Below are positions 16,694 through 27,614 of a DNA stretch of 55,754 nt, piece after piece. The position numbers were made by a program, and so were the translations under genes. Source of the stretch: Macrostomum lignano (lineage: Eukaryota). The notes below the pieces were generated by a model that saw nothing but the letters and a program-made list of their open reading frames with translations, ran no database searches and was not told the DNA's origin. Every line of letters begins with the position of its first letter. Position 1 is the stretch's first letter. Where the stretch lies: contig NIVC01004197.1 of NCBI GenBank assembly GCA_002269645.1, positions 1 to 55,754 on the forward strand, given 5' to 3'.

Positions 16694-19600
16694 ATGATCT
16701 GCAATAACTCACTCACAACGCAATGGGCTATTGTATGCTACTTTCAACCAAGATTTTGGTAAGATATAGGCCTACATACAGCCTGATCTGATTATATTTG
16801 TATTGCGTAATATTGTTAGGCTAGTATATAAATATAAAGTTGCATTCATGTCAGTGTCATTCTTAAAAATGATATTAGAGCTTGGTAGGAAGGTATATTA
16901 TTTTTGGTATAGTTGTGAATTGAATTTTTTGGTAACAGGCTGGCCCATAGATGCCCAACACCCATCCAACCTGTCCGAACCGGATGGGTGAAATGGCTGC
17001 CAGCCAAGGCAAGTCACAAAATTGTAAACGCAAAAAATAAAAAATTGGGGGAAGAAAGAAAGAAGAAAAAAGGGAAAAGAAAGGAGGGACTTGGGAGAAG
17101 AGAGAAAGGGGAAAAGAGGAGAAAGAGAAAGAAAAAGAAGAAAAGAGAAAAATGCAAGAAAAGTCATACAAAGTAAAAATTAAGTTGCAATTAGCAGGAA
17201 CTAAGTTGCAAATCTATACAAAACTAAGTCACACTAGATAGGTGAAATTTTGGACTTCTTCAAGTTTATGTTGATAAAATAGTTTCAATTTGGATAGGAT
17301 CATAATTTTGTCTCTACAGGGGTTTTTGATGGTGCTGATTTCAAATTTGAGCTCCATTTTTAGGTAGCTTTAACCCAATTATATGTAGCTTAAAACCAAC
17401 CACCGGGGCATGGGGAATGGGGGGTTTTAGGGTGGGGAGATTCTTCATGGGGATTGATTTTATCAACATAAACTTGAATAGAGGCATAGAGACCTATTCA
17501 AGATTGTGCTGATAAATTCCAATTCTAATGGGGGGGGGTTGTAGCTTAAAACCACCCACTGGGGCATGGGGAATGGGGGGTTTTAGGGTGGGGAGATTCT
17601 TCATAGGGATTGATTTTATCAACATAAACTTGAAATTGAATAGAGGCATAGAGACCTACTCAAGATTGTATTGATAAATTCCAATTCTAATAGAGGGGGG
17701 GGGGCGGTTGAAACAAGTTGGAATTTATTTGACAATGAATCTCTGTTTAATTATATCAACATAAACTTGAATCAACATAACTTTATCTAAATGAATTTGC
17801 TTACCGAAATTAAGTGCTGTTACTGCCTTAATACAATAGAATTAGTAATCTAGCCTTGTACAGTAGTTGGTTTTGAGGTGCGAAATACAAGTGCGAGTTT
17901 TGAATGTTGCTTTAGCTAGGTGCAGTGAAAGTGCAAGTGCAAAGATTGAGCACATTGTGACGTGGCAGTTTTTAAAAAAAAGCACACAGTGACGTGGCAA
18001 TGTCTATGCATTATAACTAAATTGAAAAACTATAATCCGCAAACATAAAAAACATTTGCATATTAATTTGTAGATATTAGTCTACTTTAAGAAAGAAAGA
18101 AACTTTTTCTTACCAAACCTCATTAAGAGAATAGGGAATCAAGTAAATCGTCATTGCATCAACCGTACAGGTAACTTTCTACACTTTTTTTTGCATTTTT
18201 GCAATTTTGAATCCCCCATAAGTCTCCACCGGAAGTTTCAGAAAAATTGAAAAATCGGAAGTATTTTATCAACATAAACTTGAAGAAGTCCAAAATTTTG
18301 AGGTTGGGCATATATGGGCTAGTCCTAAGTCTACTAATAAAGGCAAAGAAGGCTATGTTATTTAAATAACTTTGCTAAATAAGCATGCCCTATTATATAA
18401 GCCTATGACACTAGTAAATTTGTGCACCATTGCACTAGCTCATATGGCATAGTTGTAATGGTATGCTGACACTAAAGTTGTAAAAAATTACTTTTTAACA
18501 ATGTTTTTTAAAGTAACTTCCAGTTCTAAGATCTAAGGTAAATAACTTTTGGCACTTGTTCCAATACCAGTACTTACTATAAAAAGTAACTTCTATTACT
18601 TCTACTACCAGTCCTAATTTTAAAGAATTGCCTATTATATTAAAAAGTGCTCAAACATGTCTTTATGAAAAAAGTATATACTAGCCCTAGTCTAGAGTTA
18701 AACATGCTATTATTCCTCCATAAAGATGCTTTATAATATTTATTATTATTATCACATTGAAAATTTGAGTGAATAAATAAAACCTTTATAAAACAAGGAT
18801 TAGCCCTATTAAAATAAATGTAAAAAATCTGCAAACAGGTGACAGGTCAAATTATAGCTCAAAAACACAACATGATATAGAACATGTTAACTTTTGAACT
18901 GAATATAGTACAGGCTAATACTAATTAGCTAATGAGGAATCTAGCCCTAATAAGACAATCATAGTTATTCTTGCTGTTTACCCAAAAATTGCATTGTGCC
19001 AGTACTGGCACACTATCTACCTTGACTTCAACTATAATGCAACACTAGAAAGTTCCAAAATTGCAATAGACAATCTACCACGGTTCGGATCGTGTAGTAG
19101 TGTACGCCGGAACAAGAATCCTATCTCAGCTAAATGTATGCCAGTGTATGCCAAAAACAAAAAATTCCCTTAAATGTACGCCAAAAATTCCTCCTAAAAA
19201 AGGTCATTTGGTTTTCACAAGTAGAGTTTTCTAAGAAAGGTTTTTTGTACGAAAAGTCTTTCAAATCTTACGAATATTTTCATTTTAAAAAAACTTAAAT
19301 TAAACCTACAGAAAAAAGAATGCAAAATTTACATTCTTAGCAATAATTTACACAAGTTTTATTCATTGTTAATTGTAAAAAAGCAAAAAGTTTATCACTG
19401 ACTTTTAAGACTATATAAATTTTCTTTTCATTTTATGTAAAAACTAAAAAGGGTTAATTTACATTACAATTTTTTTACACGCATCAATTTATTCACCAAA
19501 ATTGGTACGCCAAAAATTTCTCGAGCTCAAAGTGGTACGCCAAAGTGGTACGCCAAAATAGCCAAACTTCTCAATGGTACGCCGGAAAATTCCGGCTTAC

Positions 19601-22600
19601 ATGTAACCTTCCTGAGTGTGGCCAATCTAATGCTTTTGTCCACTTATTCCAATAAAGAGGATTAGTAGTATCTAATATATAAAGATACTACATATGTGAT
19701 TTACCCTATTGGAATAAATGTTAAAAACCTGTGGACGCGCGCTTTAAGATTATTAGAGATGTTCCAAAAGATCTGCAGTTTCGTCAAAATCAAAATTCGC
19801 TAACTTTCCAAAATCAAAATTGAAATTTCCTGAAATCATAATTCAGAAAAACAAAGTTTAGTATGATCATACATGCGCAACCCCCAAATTTCGGTTGGCC
19901 ATGCGACTTAGTTTTAACAAAAATGCGACATACTTTTTGGCCAAAAATGCGACTTACATGTAAAAAAAACCAAAAGCAAAATTAACGCAACTTTGGGTAA
20001 ACAAAAGGAGTAACTATGACTGTCTTATTAAGCCAAAATGCCTCATCAGCTACTTAGTATTACTACTTGGGTGTTTTTTCGGGTGGGTATTTTTGCAACT
20101 TCCTTAGTTGGCTGCCAAATCGGTCAGCCAGATTGGCCGACTCGGCCGACTGTTGCGCATGTATGAGTATGATCAACACTCACTTTTTTAGTTTCAATTT
20201 ACTGCTTAAGCAGAAAGTAATACATGTATTATGTAGTAGAAAGTAGTTTATTTTTAGCGACTTTTTTGACACTACTAAAATTTTCACTTCTAAATTTTTT
20301 TTGAAATTGAAATTTGCTCTAAAAAATTTCAAATTTTAGAAAATTGAAATTGAATCTTTGGAACATCTCTAAGCTTAATAAATTACAAGTGTATAAGCCC
20401 CTTCAACAGAGGTATTATACCCATTTCCATGTATATGTATTTGCTAGAGCAGCAGGCAGCAGCCAGTAAGAAAGGGCAGCGCACGCACAGGCGCTGCGCC
20501 TATGCGCGCATTGCACTTTAGAAAAATTTCAAAAGTGTGCCGGACACCATCCGCAGTTTTACAACTTTTCCTATAGGGGTGATTTATAGAATGAAATTCA
20601 AAGACAGATTTTCAAATGTTTATTTTGACTCTAAAGTTATATAAAAACAAGGGCAGATTTAGAGGGAGATAGAGGGTGAGGCAGCTGCCATTTCTATCCC
20701 AAAATAGCTTGATAAAACATATTGTGCCCCCAAAACCTACAAGGGGCAGTCAAAAAGTTCTTGGACTTTGGTTCATAAAACCAAAAGGGTAAGTCTAGTC
20801 AGTTTTAATTTTTAGAATTTTTCAAAGTAATCTCCATTAGCATTAATGCAGCAATCCTAGTGCTTTGGCAATTTCTTGATCCTAGCAGCAAACCACTCTA
20901 GGTTGACCTCTAAACCACTTCTCAAGGTCACGCCTAAGCTCCTTTTTATTGCTATAATGCCCACCATGGAGGGCATCCTTCATCAAATTAAAGAGGTAGT
21001 AATTGCTAGGTGCCAGATTAAGGCTGTATAGTGGATGTGGCAGAATTCACCAGTTTTTTCTGCATATTTCTGCCAGTGTAGCTTGGGATATGTGGGGCTG
21101 CGCATTGTCATATAGCAGAAAAATGCCAACATGCAGTTTCCTAGGTTGGCATTTGACTAGCTGCAACTATAAACCAGCTAGGGATGCCATATAGCACTTA
21201 GAGTTAAGGTCTGGCCTTTCTTTAGGTAGTCAATGAAGATGACTCTTTCACAGTCCTAGAAAATTGTTACCATTTGTTGAGCCTGGTGCGTGGGGTTGGG
21301 GTATGCTTTTACTCTGTGTATTGTTTGTGTTCTTAACTCTGTGCATGTACTCATGGTCTGTGGCTCATGCTCTTTGCACGTCTCTGCTCTATTGTGATTT
21401 TAATGTACATTGTTGGTGTTTTAGCCCTGGGGTGGGGGTGGCTACTATTGAACCTCGCTTGTAATAAATCGTATTGTTGGTTGTTGGTGCACTTGGCACT
21501 TTTGTCTCGTCTCGCATACTCTCAGCTCATGACTTGTTCATTTCAACACCATTGTTTTAGTGACAGCTGGTACTGCCTTGGCCTTGGTTGGAGAGGGCTC
21601 TCCAAGGGCCACCCAAACTTTGGACTGCTGTTTAGTTTTAGGGTTGTAGTGTGGTAACTAGGTTTTGTCAGTGGTAACAAAATTATAATAAATAATAATC
21701 TAGTAATAAGATCACCTCTTTTTTACCTCTTTATAATTGTACTGTAAGTATTTTGGTGAAAGTTTTCCACTTTTGGAATATATTTAGTGCTAAATTGGCT
21801 ATTTTGGCACCTCAAATTTCTTTTTCAAGTGCATGAAAACTGGAGTTATCAAAAAGTAACTTATACCTTAGGTCAGATACTTTAGGTTTAGGATCTTGAA
21901 ACCAAAATGTAAAACCTTAGGTAACTTGGCTTGCTACTATTGTTGGCATTGCTACTACCTCTATAACCTTAAAAGAACTATCTTGTTTTTTAAAGCAGTT
22001 GAGACAAGGTTTTATAGCTTTCTTAGTGGTGTTGACCTAGGCACTGACCTAGAAACACAAGTACCACTTTTTTCAAATTGGTTAATATTAGAACTCTTGA
22101 ATTTCTTAAGTAGTGGCTCAATACTCTTGCAGTATGTCTTGTACAAATCTGCTTCTTTCTTCTTTTCCAGTGATACAATTTGGTTAGAAACTGTCAAAGA
22201 ATACTTTAGAATTGTAGTTTGGGCCTTTAGCCATTATTATTGGATGGTTCATTGTCCTCATCTTTCTCTTCATTATCTGCTTCATTAGCATCACTATCTT
22301 TATAACAGTTCTTTAGAATACTTAGAATTTTCATCAATAGATATGAGGGGTGTCCAAAAAGTAGTGATACTTTTAACCGTAGCTCTCATTCTATAGTTTC
22401 CTGTGATTTAAAATTTTATAAACTGATAGTGGCAAATCTCTTCTACAGACTGCTTTTTGAATATTTAAAATTGATACCAGAGAACAAAAGTTTTACCCAC
22501 AAAAGTAATAGTACCTGCATCATATAGTTACACAAACTATATCAAAATTTATGATAGTCGACTTCTGCACTTATTCATTAAGAAGGCATCGATAAATGTC

Positions 22601-25600
22601 TTGTTTAAGCAATACCAAAGCCCAATTGCAAAATGATGCTCACTGTGACTGACTGAAATTTGTCTATGGACAGAATCATGCACAGAAAAATAAAGCATTA
22701 AATTCATTACTTTACTTGCAAACAGAGGAGCTTGCATTTTGCAATTGATTTCATTGCCCATACTCAACAACACACATGGATGTGCACTCAGTTGTTGCTC
22801 AGCAAAGTACTATCTTCACTCTTTGGGGTGCTGGCCATAGTGCCTCAGAAATTCACGCAAAACTTTGCTCTGCGCATGGATCCTCTGTGGTCAGCAAAAT
22901 GACAGTTTATTGATGGATGGAGCAGTTCAGCAAGGGAAGGACTGACTTGGCAGATCAGCATCGGACAGGGCGGCCATACGTTCATCAACCTGATGTACTG
23001 GCGACTCCATTCTGAATCATCTTGATGAGGACTCCCGAATGACCATTAGAGAGATCGCTGACAGGTTGGACAAGCCAAAATCAACAATTCATCGAAGCTT
23101 ACTCGGCATGGATCTCGTGAAGCTCAGCCTATAATTTGTGTAACTCTATGATACAGGTACTGTTACTTTCATGGGTATAACTTTTGTTCTCTGGTATCAA
23201 TTTTAAAAATTCTGTAGTCTGTAGAAGAGATTTGCCGCTATCAATTCATAAAATTTTAAATCACAGGAAGCTATAGAACAAGAGCTATGGTTAAAAGTAT
23301 CACTACTTTTTGGACACCCCTCGTATCTCCTTGTCAAGATTCTCAAATGTAGCTTCAATATTATAAGTATCTTCAGAAAGGTATTCAATAGTTCATTTAG
23401 CAATTTTAATAGTAGCATAAGAGCCAAGCTTGACAATAACAGCATCATGAAATCCATTTTGATATTTAAAGTTGGATTTTTCGATGCTCCTTAAATTCCA
23501 TTTTTGTAGCCTTATCAATATGACTAAGAAAACTAGAATTTACACAAATAACTCCACTGTGTATATTTGTCTTTGGGAACTATAAAATTACATGTTTGAA
23601 ACTTAAGGTTGCAAACTTGTCAAGTTTATTAGCTTGTTTTGAACAAGAAACTCTACTATCTCTCGTCCTATTGAAAGATTCTCAAAGTGAAAAAATAAAG
23701 TAATGGAGGTTCAAATTTTTTCAAATTTACATATATAATAAAAATGACAAATATAATAAATAAATCTATATAAAGTCTAGTAAAAAACATATAAATAGCT
23801 AAAATAGGGACTTTATTAAGGGTCCTATGCAGCTATGGATCCAGAAAAGTTTTGTGGGGGAGAGACAAGCTATGCTACTATATCAATCACTATAACCCAA
23901 TATTGGAAAATAGACCTTGCATTGTTGCAAGCCAAAAAAATATGGCCCAATTTTTTTACCTTGGCTGAAAGGTGTGGGCATTGCCCCCTTTGCCCCCCCA
24001 CCCCCTGGATCCACTGGTCCTTTGACTTGCCAACATGCATAGAAAACAAAAGGGAAATTTGACTTAAAGGGTGGTGGCTCATGTATGGCAAATGAATTAA
24101 CCTTATGTAACTCCACCTTATAAGCTTAAGTTCACATAATAGTCCCTAATGTCCCCTTGCTTGTTATCTCCTATTTCAGGTCCAACTTAAGAGTGCATGG
24201 ACATTTTTATAATTTTAACAAATATGCCATCTTTATAAGCAACTTAATCAAGATAAATATATGTACTTTTATTTACATAGCAGTTTTTATGGTACACTTT
24301 TTGTATACTAGAATTTTCACTTGAGCCATATATACACAAAAATATGTAGTGCATTGACAATCAAAAATCTTGAAATCTAATGATGACTACAAATTTAACC
24401 AGGGAGCCTTATTAACTCTTTTTCTGGCAATGAGCATTGTCATAGTTACACTGAGAAACTGCAAGTCTATGTTGAATTCAATTTATAAAGCAACTATGTG
24501 ATGGAATAATCCTACAGAAATTGACCAAACACCATTGCCATTACCAGGCTGTTTCGCCTGCGGCATGTGCAACGGATTTCGTATTTACAACACCGAGCCG
24601 CTAAAAGAGAAAGAGCGCCAAGATTTCCCAGGGGAATCTGGCAGTGGCGGTGCAATGGGCGGCGTTCGTCTCATTGAGATGCTCTATAGGTGCAATTACG
24701 TTGGCCTGGCATTTTCTAACAATCCCAAATATCCGCCTAACAAGGCCGTCATCTGGGATGATGTGAAGAAAAAGTTTGTCATTGAAATGGAATTTGCTAG
24801 CGAAGTGCTGGCTATTAGACTAAGAAGGGAGAAGTGAGTGATTTTTTATGTACAGATTGATCCCATCCCTGAATCTACAGATTGATCTCATCTCTGAATC
24901 TACAGATTGATCCCATCTCTAAACCTACAGATTGATCCCATCTCTGAATCTACAGATTGATTCCATCTCTTAATCTACAGATTGATCCCATCTCTGAATC
25001 TACAAATTGATCCTATCTCTAAACCTACAGATTGATCCAATCTCTAAACCTACAGATTGATCCAATCTCTAAACCTACAGATTGATCCCATCTCTAAACC
25101 TACAGATTGATCCCATCTCTAAACCTACCGATTGATCCCATCTAAACCTACAGATTATCTACAGAGTGATCCAATCTCACTATCCTCTCACCCACAGGAT
25201 CGTTATCGGTCTGCACACAGCCGTGAAAGTGTTCACATTCACCCAGCCGCCCAGCCTGTTACACGTGTTCGAATCGAGCCCGAATCCCCACGGTTTAATA
25301 GCACTGTGCCCCTCGTCTGACCGGCAACTATTAGCCTTCCCCGGGCACAGCAGTGGGTCGGTGGCCCTGGCCGATCTGGGCCAGCCAGACCGACCAAAAG
25401 GCCAATCCGCTAATCTGCTGCACGCTCACGAAGGCAGATTGGCGGCCCTATCTATGAACAGTCGCGGCACATTGTTAGCAACTGCATCTGAGAAGGGCAC
25501 ACTGATTCGCGTGTTTCAACTGCCTCAACAGCAGCAGCAGCAGCCGCAGTTGCTGCACGAGCTCAGACGAGGATCTCAGCCTGCCCGAGTTTATTGCGTC

Positions 25601-27316
25601 ACATTCAGCTCCGATAGCGGGTTGCTATGCGCCGCTTCCGATCGAGGCACCGTACACGTGTTCCGATTAGATTACAATGATCAACAGTTGAGTCAGCGGG
25701 CTAGCGGCGAGTCTCAACAGCAGCAGCATCACGCTCTGGAAGCTTCGCCAGCAACTGCTGCCGCTTCTGTAGCAAAATTCTTTAGTCAGGTTACTAGCGT
25801 AGCCAGGTTGCCAATACAGCCAGGCGTGCCGACTGTCTGCGCCTTCGGACAGGATAGCTTAGGCCGCACCTGTTCGCTTATTGGTGAGATATTTGATGTT
25901 CATTATGCTACTTGTTAGTAGGATATCGATCTAAATAATGTTAGCGCCTAATAGGCAATGACCTCCAAAAGAAGTTCTAATATTGAGGCCCGTAATTAAA
26001 CATCAGGTGTTATTAAGTCCCCTAATTAAACATCAGGTGTTATTGAGTCCCCTAATTAAACATCAGGTGTTATTAAGTCCCCTAATTAAAATAAGGGTGT
26101 TATTGAGTCCCCTAATTAAGCATCAGGTGTTATTGAGTCCCCTAATTAAAGATCAGATGTTATTGAGTCCCCTAATTAAAGATCAGGTGTTATTGAGTCC
26201 CCTAATTAAACATCAGGTGTTATTGAGTCCCCTAATTAAACATCAGGTGTTATTGAGTCCCCTAATTAAACATCAGGTGTTATTGAGTCCCCTAATTAAA
26301 CATAAGGTGTTATTGAGTCCCCTAAATAAACATCAGGTGTTATTGAGTCCCCTAATTAAGCATCAGGTGTTATTGAGTCCCCTAATTAAACATCAGGTGT
26401 TATTGAGTCCCCTAATTAAACATCAGGTGTTATTGAGTCCCCTAATTAAACATCAGGTGTTATTGAGTCCCCTAATTAAGCATCAGGTGTTATTGAGTCC
26501 CCTAATTAAACATCAGGTGTTATTGAGTCCCCTAATTAAACATCAGGTGTTATTGAGTCCCCTAATTAAACATCAGGTGTTATTGAGTCCCCTAATTAAG
26601 CATCAGGTGTTATTGAGTCCCCTAATTAAAGATCAGGTGTTATTGAGTCCCCTAATTGAAGATCAGGTGTTATTGAGTCCCCTAATTAAAGATCAGGTGT
26701 TATTGAGTCCTTCAAAAAATTGCTTAGCATGCCAATGTTCTTAAAAGTATCGGCGACATTGGTCAGTCCTAATGATGAGTATAAATTTGTTTTAGAGAGC
26801 CTACCTTTCATTTATTGGGCGATGAGCATTGTCATAGTTACTCTGAAGGACTTGAGTTATTATTGGATTTTAATTATCATTGTTCAGCCGTGCAAGATTG
26901 TACAAAAATCTTGTCTATTTGAGTACATATAATTGCTTAGGTTACTGATAACTATTTTACAGAGTAGAGTTCTAATGATGAGTATATTAATCTGTTCGAG
27001 AGCCTGTAGGCTTTTAGCCTTTGCATTATTTGGCGATGAACGCTGTCATAGTTACTCTGAAGACTCTTACGACTTTAAATAGTGTAGGTTGATAGATTCA
27101 TTTTTGTGTATTTTGTTTATAATTTGGAGCCTAGATGATGAGTAAACATATTCTCAGGAGCCTGATTTGCTATTTTTGGCAAAGACTATTGTCATAGTTA
27201 CACTGATAGACTCCATTATATTTAGTTTTTTATAGTTATAGACTGGCTCATTTTAAAAAGCGACATGTCACACAACCGGCGAGAGGCATTACTGCCCGTT
27301 CCGCCGACTCCCCTGA
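16694..27316 (+). CDS. WIPI3: WD-repeat phosphoinositide-interacting protein 3/4 (PROPPIN, Atg18 family); exons about 16694-16758, 24548-24833, 25198-25883 and probable last exon 27261-27316
   Basis: Exon 1 encodes NGLLYATFNQDF|G followed by GTAAG; exon 2 GCFACGM.NGFRIYNT.PLKEKE..., KYPPNK..IWDD; exon 3 AHEG.LA..S.N..GT.LATASEKGTLIRVF and lipid-binding LRRG motif. Start codon is out of frame by 1 nt. Last exon (ATCH..G...Y..F) is tentative. Confidence 0.85.
17245..18298. mobile_element. Non-autonomous DNA transposon with 37-bp perfect terminal inverted repeats, possible AATT target duplication
   Basis: 17245-17281 AAATTTTGGACTTCTTCAAGTTTATGTTGATAAAATA is the exact reverse complement of 18262-18298. 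TIR sub-motif TATCAACATAAACTTGAA is repeated internally, with an internal tandem duplication of about 150 bp. Confidence 0.85.
18990..19630. repeat. Probable non-autonomous DNA element with clustered GTACGCC subterminal motifs
   Basis: (T/G)GTA(C/T)GCC occurs about four times near 19100-19190 and about four times near 19500-19585, around an AT-rich core; termini not resolved. Confidence 0.4.
19754..20371. mobile_element. hAT-like MITE (outer element), interrupted by a nested MITE
   Basis: TIR TAGAGATGTTCCAAA ... TTTGGAACATCTCTA (Ac-like TAGAGATG terminus); TSD not preserved. Confidence 0.65.
19868..20165. mobile_element. 298-bp hAT-type MITE carrying a 28S rDNA-like segment
   Basis: Perfect 14-bp TIR CATACATGCGCAAC; perfect 8-bp TSD AGTATGAT (19860-19867 and 20166-20173); 28S-like segment at 19995-20058. 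Confidence 0.9.
20740..21690 (-). mobile_element. Mariner transposon remnant (catalytic C-terminal half plus one TIR)
   Basis: TA + CAAGGGGCAGTCAAAAAGTT terminus. Minus-strand translation gives VTTDKT.L.HYNP.TKQQSK.W, MVTIF*D, YDNAQPH, HPLYSLNLAPSNYYLF and NGDYFEK*, with stops and frameshifts. Confidence 0.9.
21275..21548 (+). mobile_element. Solo LTR inserted in the mariner remnant
   Basis: TGTTGA...TCAACA termini, 5-bp TSD CCATT (21270-21274 and 21549-21553), internal AATAAA. Removing it rejoins the mariner reading (KTM|VTIF). Confidence 0.85.
22344..23323 (+). mobile_element. Internally deleted mariner element with long (about 195 bp) TIRs
   Basis: TA-flanked (T/C)GAGGGGTGTCCAAAAAGT termini. 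22776-23130 encodes the mariner HTH region (GHSASEIHAKL...TVY*W...F.KGRTDLAD..RTGRP; MTIREIA.RL...KSTIHR); no DD34D domain. Confidence 0.9.
23830..24016. mobile_element. hAT-type MITE
   Basis: Ends CAGCTATGGATCCAG ... CTGGATCCACTG; near-identical 8-bp flanks GTCCTATG / GTCCTTTG; G/C-rich subterminal TTGCCCCC motifs. Confidence 0.65.
24375..24458 (+). ncRNA. SNORD46: Box C/D snoRNA, U46/SNORD46/snR63-type (copy A, weak terminal stem)
   Basis: Box C ATGATGA at 24380; guide TTGTCATAGTTACA directly upstream of box D CTGA at 24451; near the 3' end of WIPI3 intron 1. Confidence 0.75.
24853..25165. repeat. 25-bp minisatellite in WIPI3 intron 2
   Basis: Unit CTACAGATTGATCCCATCTCTAAAC, about 12 copies. 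Confidence 0.95.
25985..26711. repeat. 30-bp minisatellite in WIPI3 intron 3
   Basis: Unit CCCTAATTAAACATCAGGTGTTATTGAGTC, about 24 near-identical copies, no spacers. Confidence 0.97.
26765..26852 (+). ncRNA. SNORD46: Box C/D snoRNA, U46-type (copy B)
   Basis: Terminal stem AGTCCT/AGGACT, box C ATGATGA at 26772, C'-like GCGATGA, guide TTGTCATAGTTACT, box D CTGA at 26843. Confidence 0.9.
26967..27066 (+). ncRNA. SNORD46: Box C/D snoRNA, U46-type (copy C)
   Basis: Terminal stem GAGT(T)CT/AGACTC, box C at 26975, guide CTGTCATAGTTACT, box D at 27057. Confidence 0.85.
27126..27214 (+). ncRNA. SNORD46: Box C/D snoRNA, U46-type (copy D)
   Basis: Terminal stem GGAGCCTA/TAGACTCC, box C at 27135, guide TTGTCATAGTTACA, box D at 27203. 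Confidence 0.85.
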
Positions 27317-27614
27317 TCATACGATCAGGTCAAGCCAAGCCAAGATCAGCTCTAGACTACTAGCTTATTGGGGGGGGGCGTTGCTGAAATGCTGTGGCTC
27401 ATGGTGGCTGCTAAGATGCTTTGATCCTAGGCTCATAGTGAGTCATAGCGGATCTGATAGGCAATGCTTTTTCACTTTAATAATCTTTCCTAAAAGATTA
27501 GTAATCGTGACTACAAGGTCAAAGCGTACCTGTTGGTTTATTAAAAATGTTTCTTTTTTTCTTGCCTCCCCAACAGGGGGCACAGATAGCTAGTTTAACC
27601 TTTTTTATTAAATA

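Noticed and set aside
15827-17176. Phe/Ser/Leu-rich or Lys/Arg-rich ORFs
   Set aside because: Translations of AG-rich low-complexity tracts.
19995-20058. rRNA gene
   Set aside because: Only about 65 nt, diverged at invariant positions and enclosed in a MITE; reported as captured cargo instead.
24391-24405. FNQG codons as the missing WIPI3 exon 1
   Set aside because: Lies inside snoRNA copy A without a donor site; a much better exon (NGLLYATFNQDF|GTAAG) exists at 16722-16758.
25985-26711. CRISPR-like 30-bp repeats and the 253-aa repetitive ORF
   Set aside because: Head-to-tail units without spacers, no cas genes, eukaryotic intron; the ORF is a by-product of a 30-bp stop-free unit.
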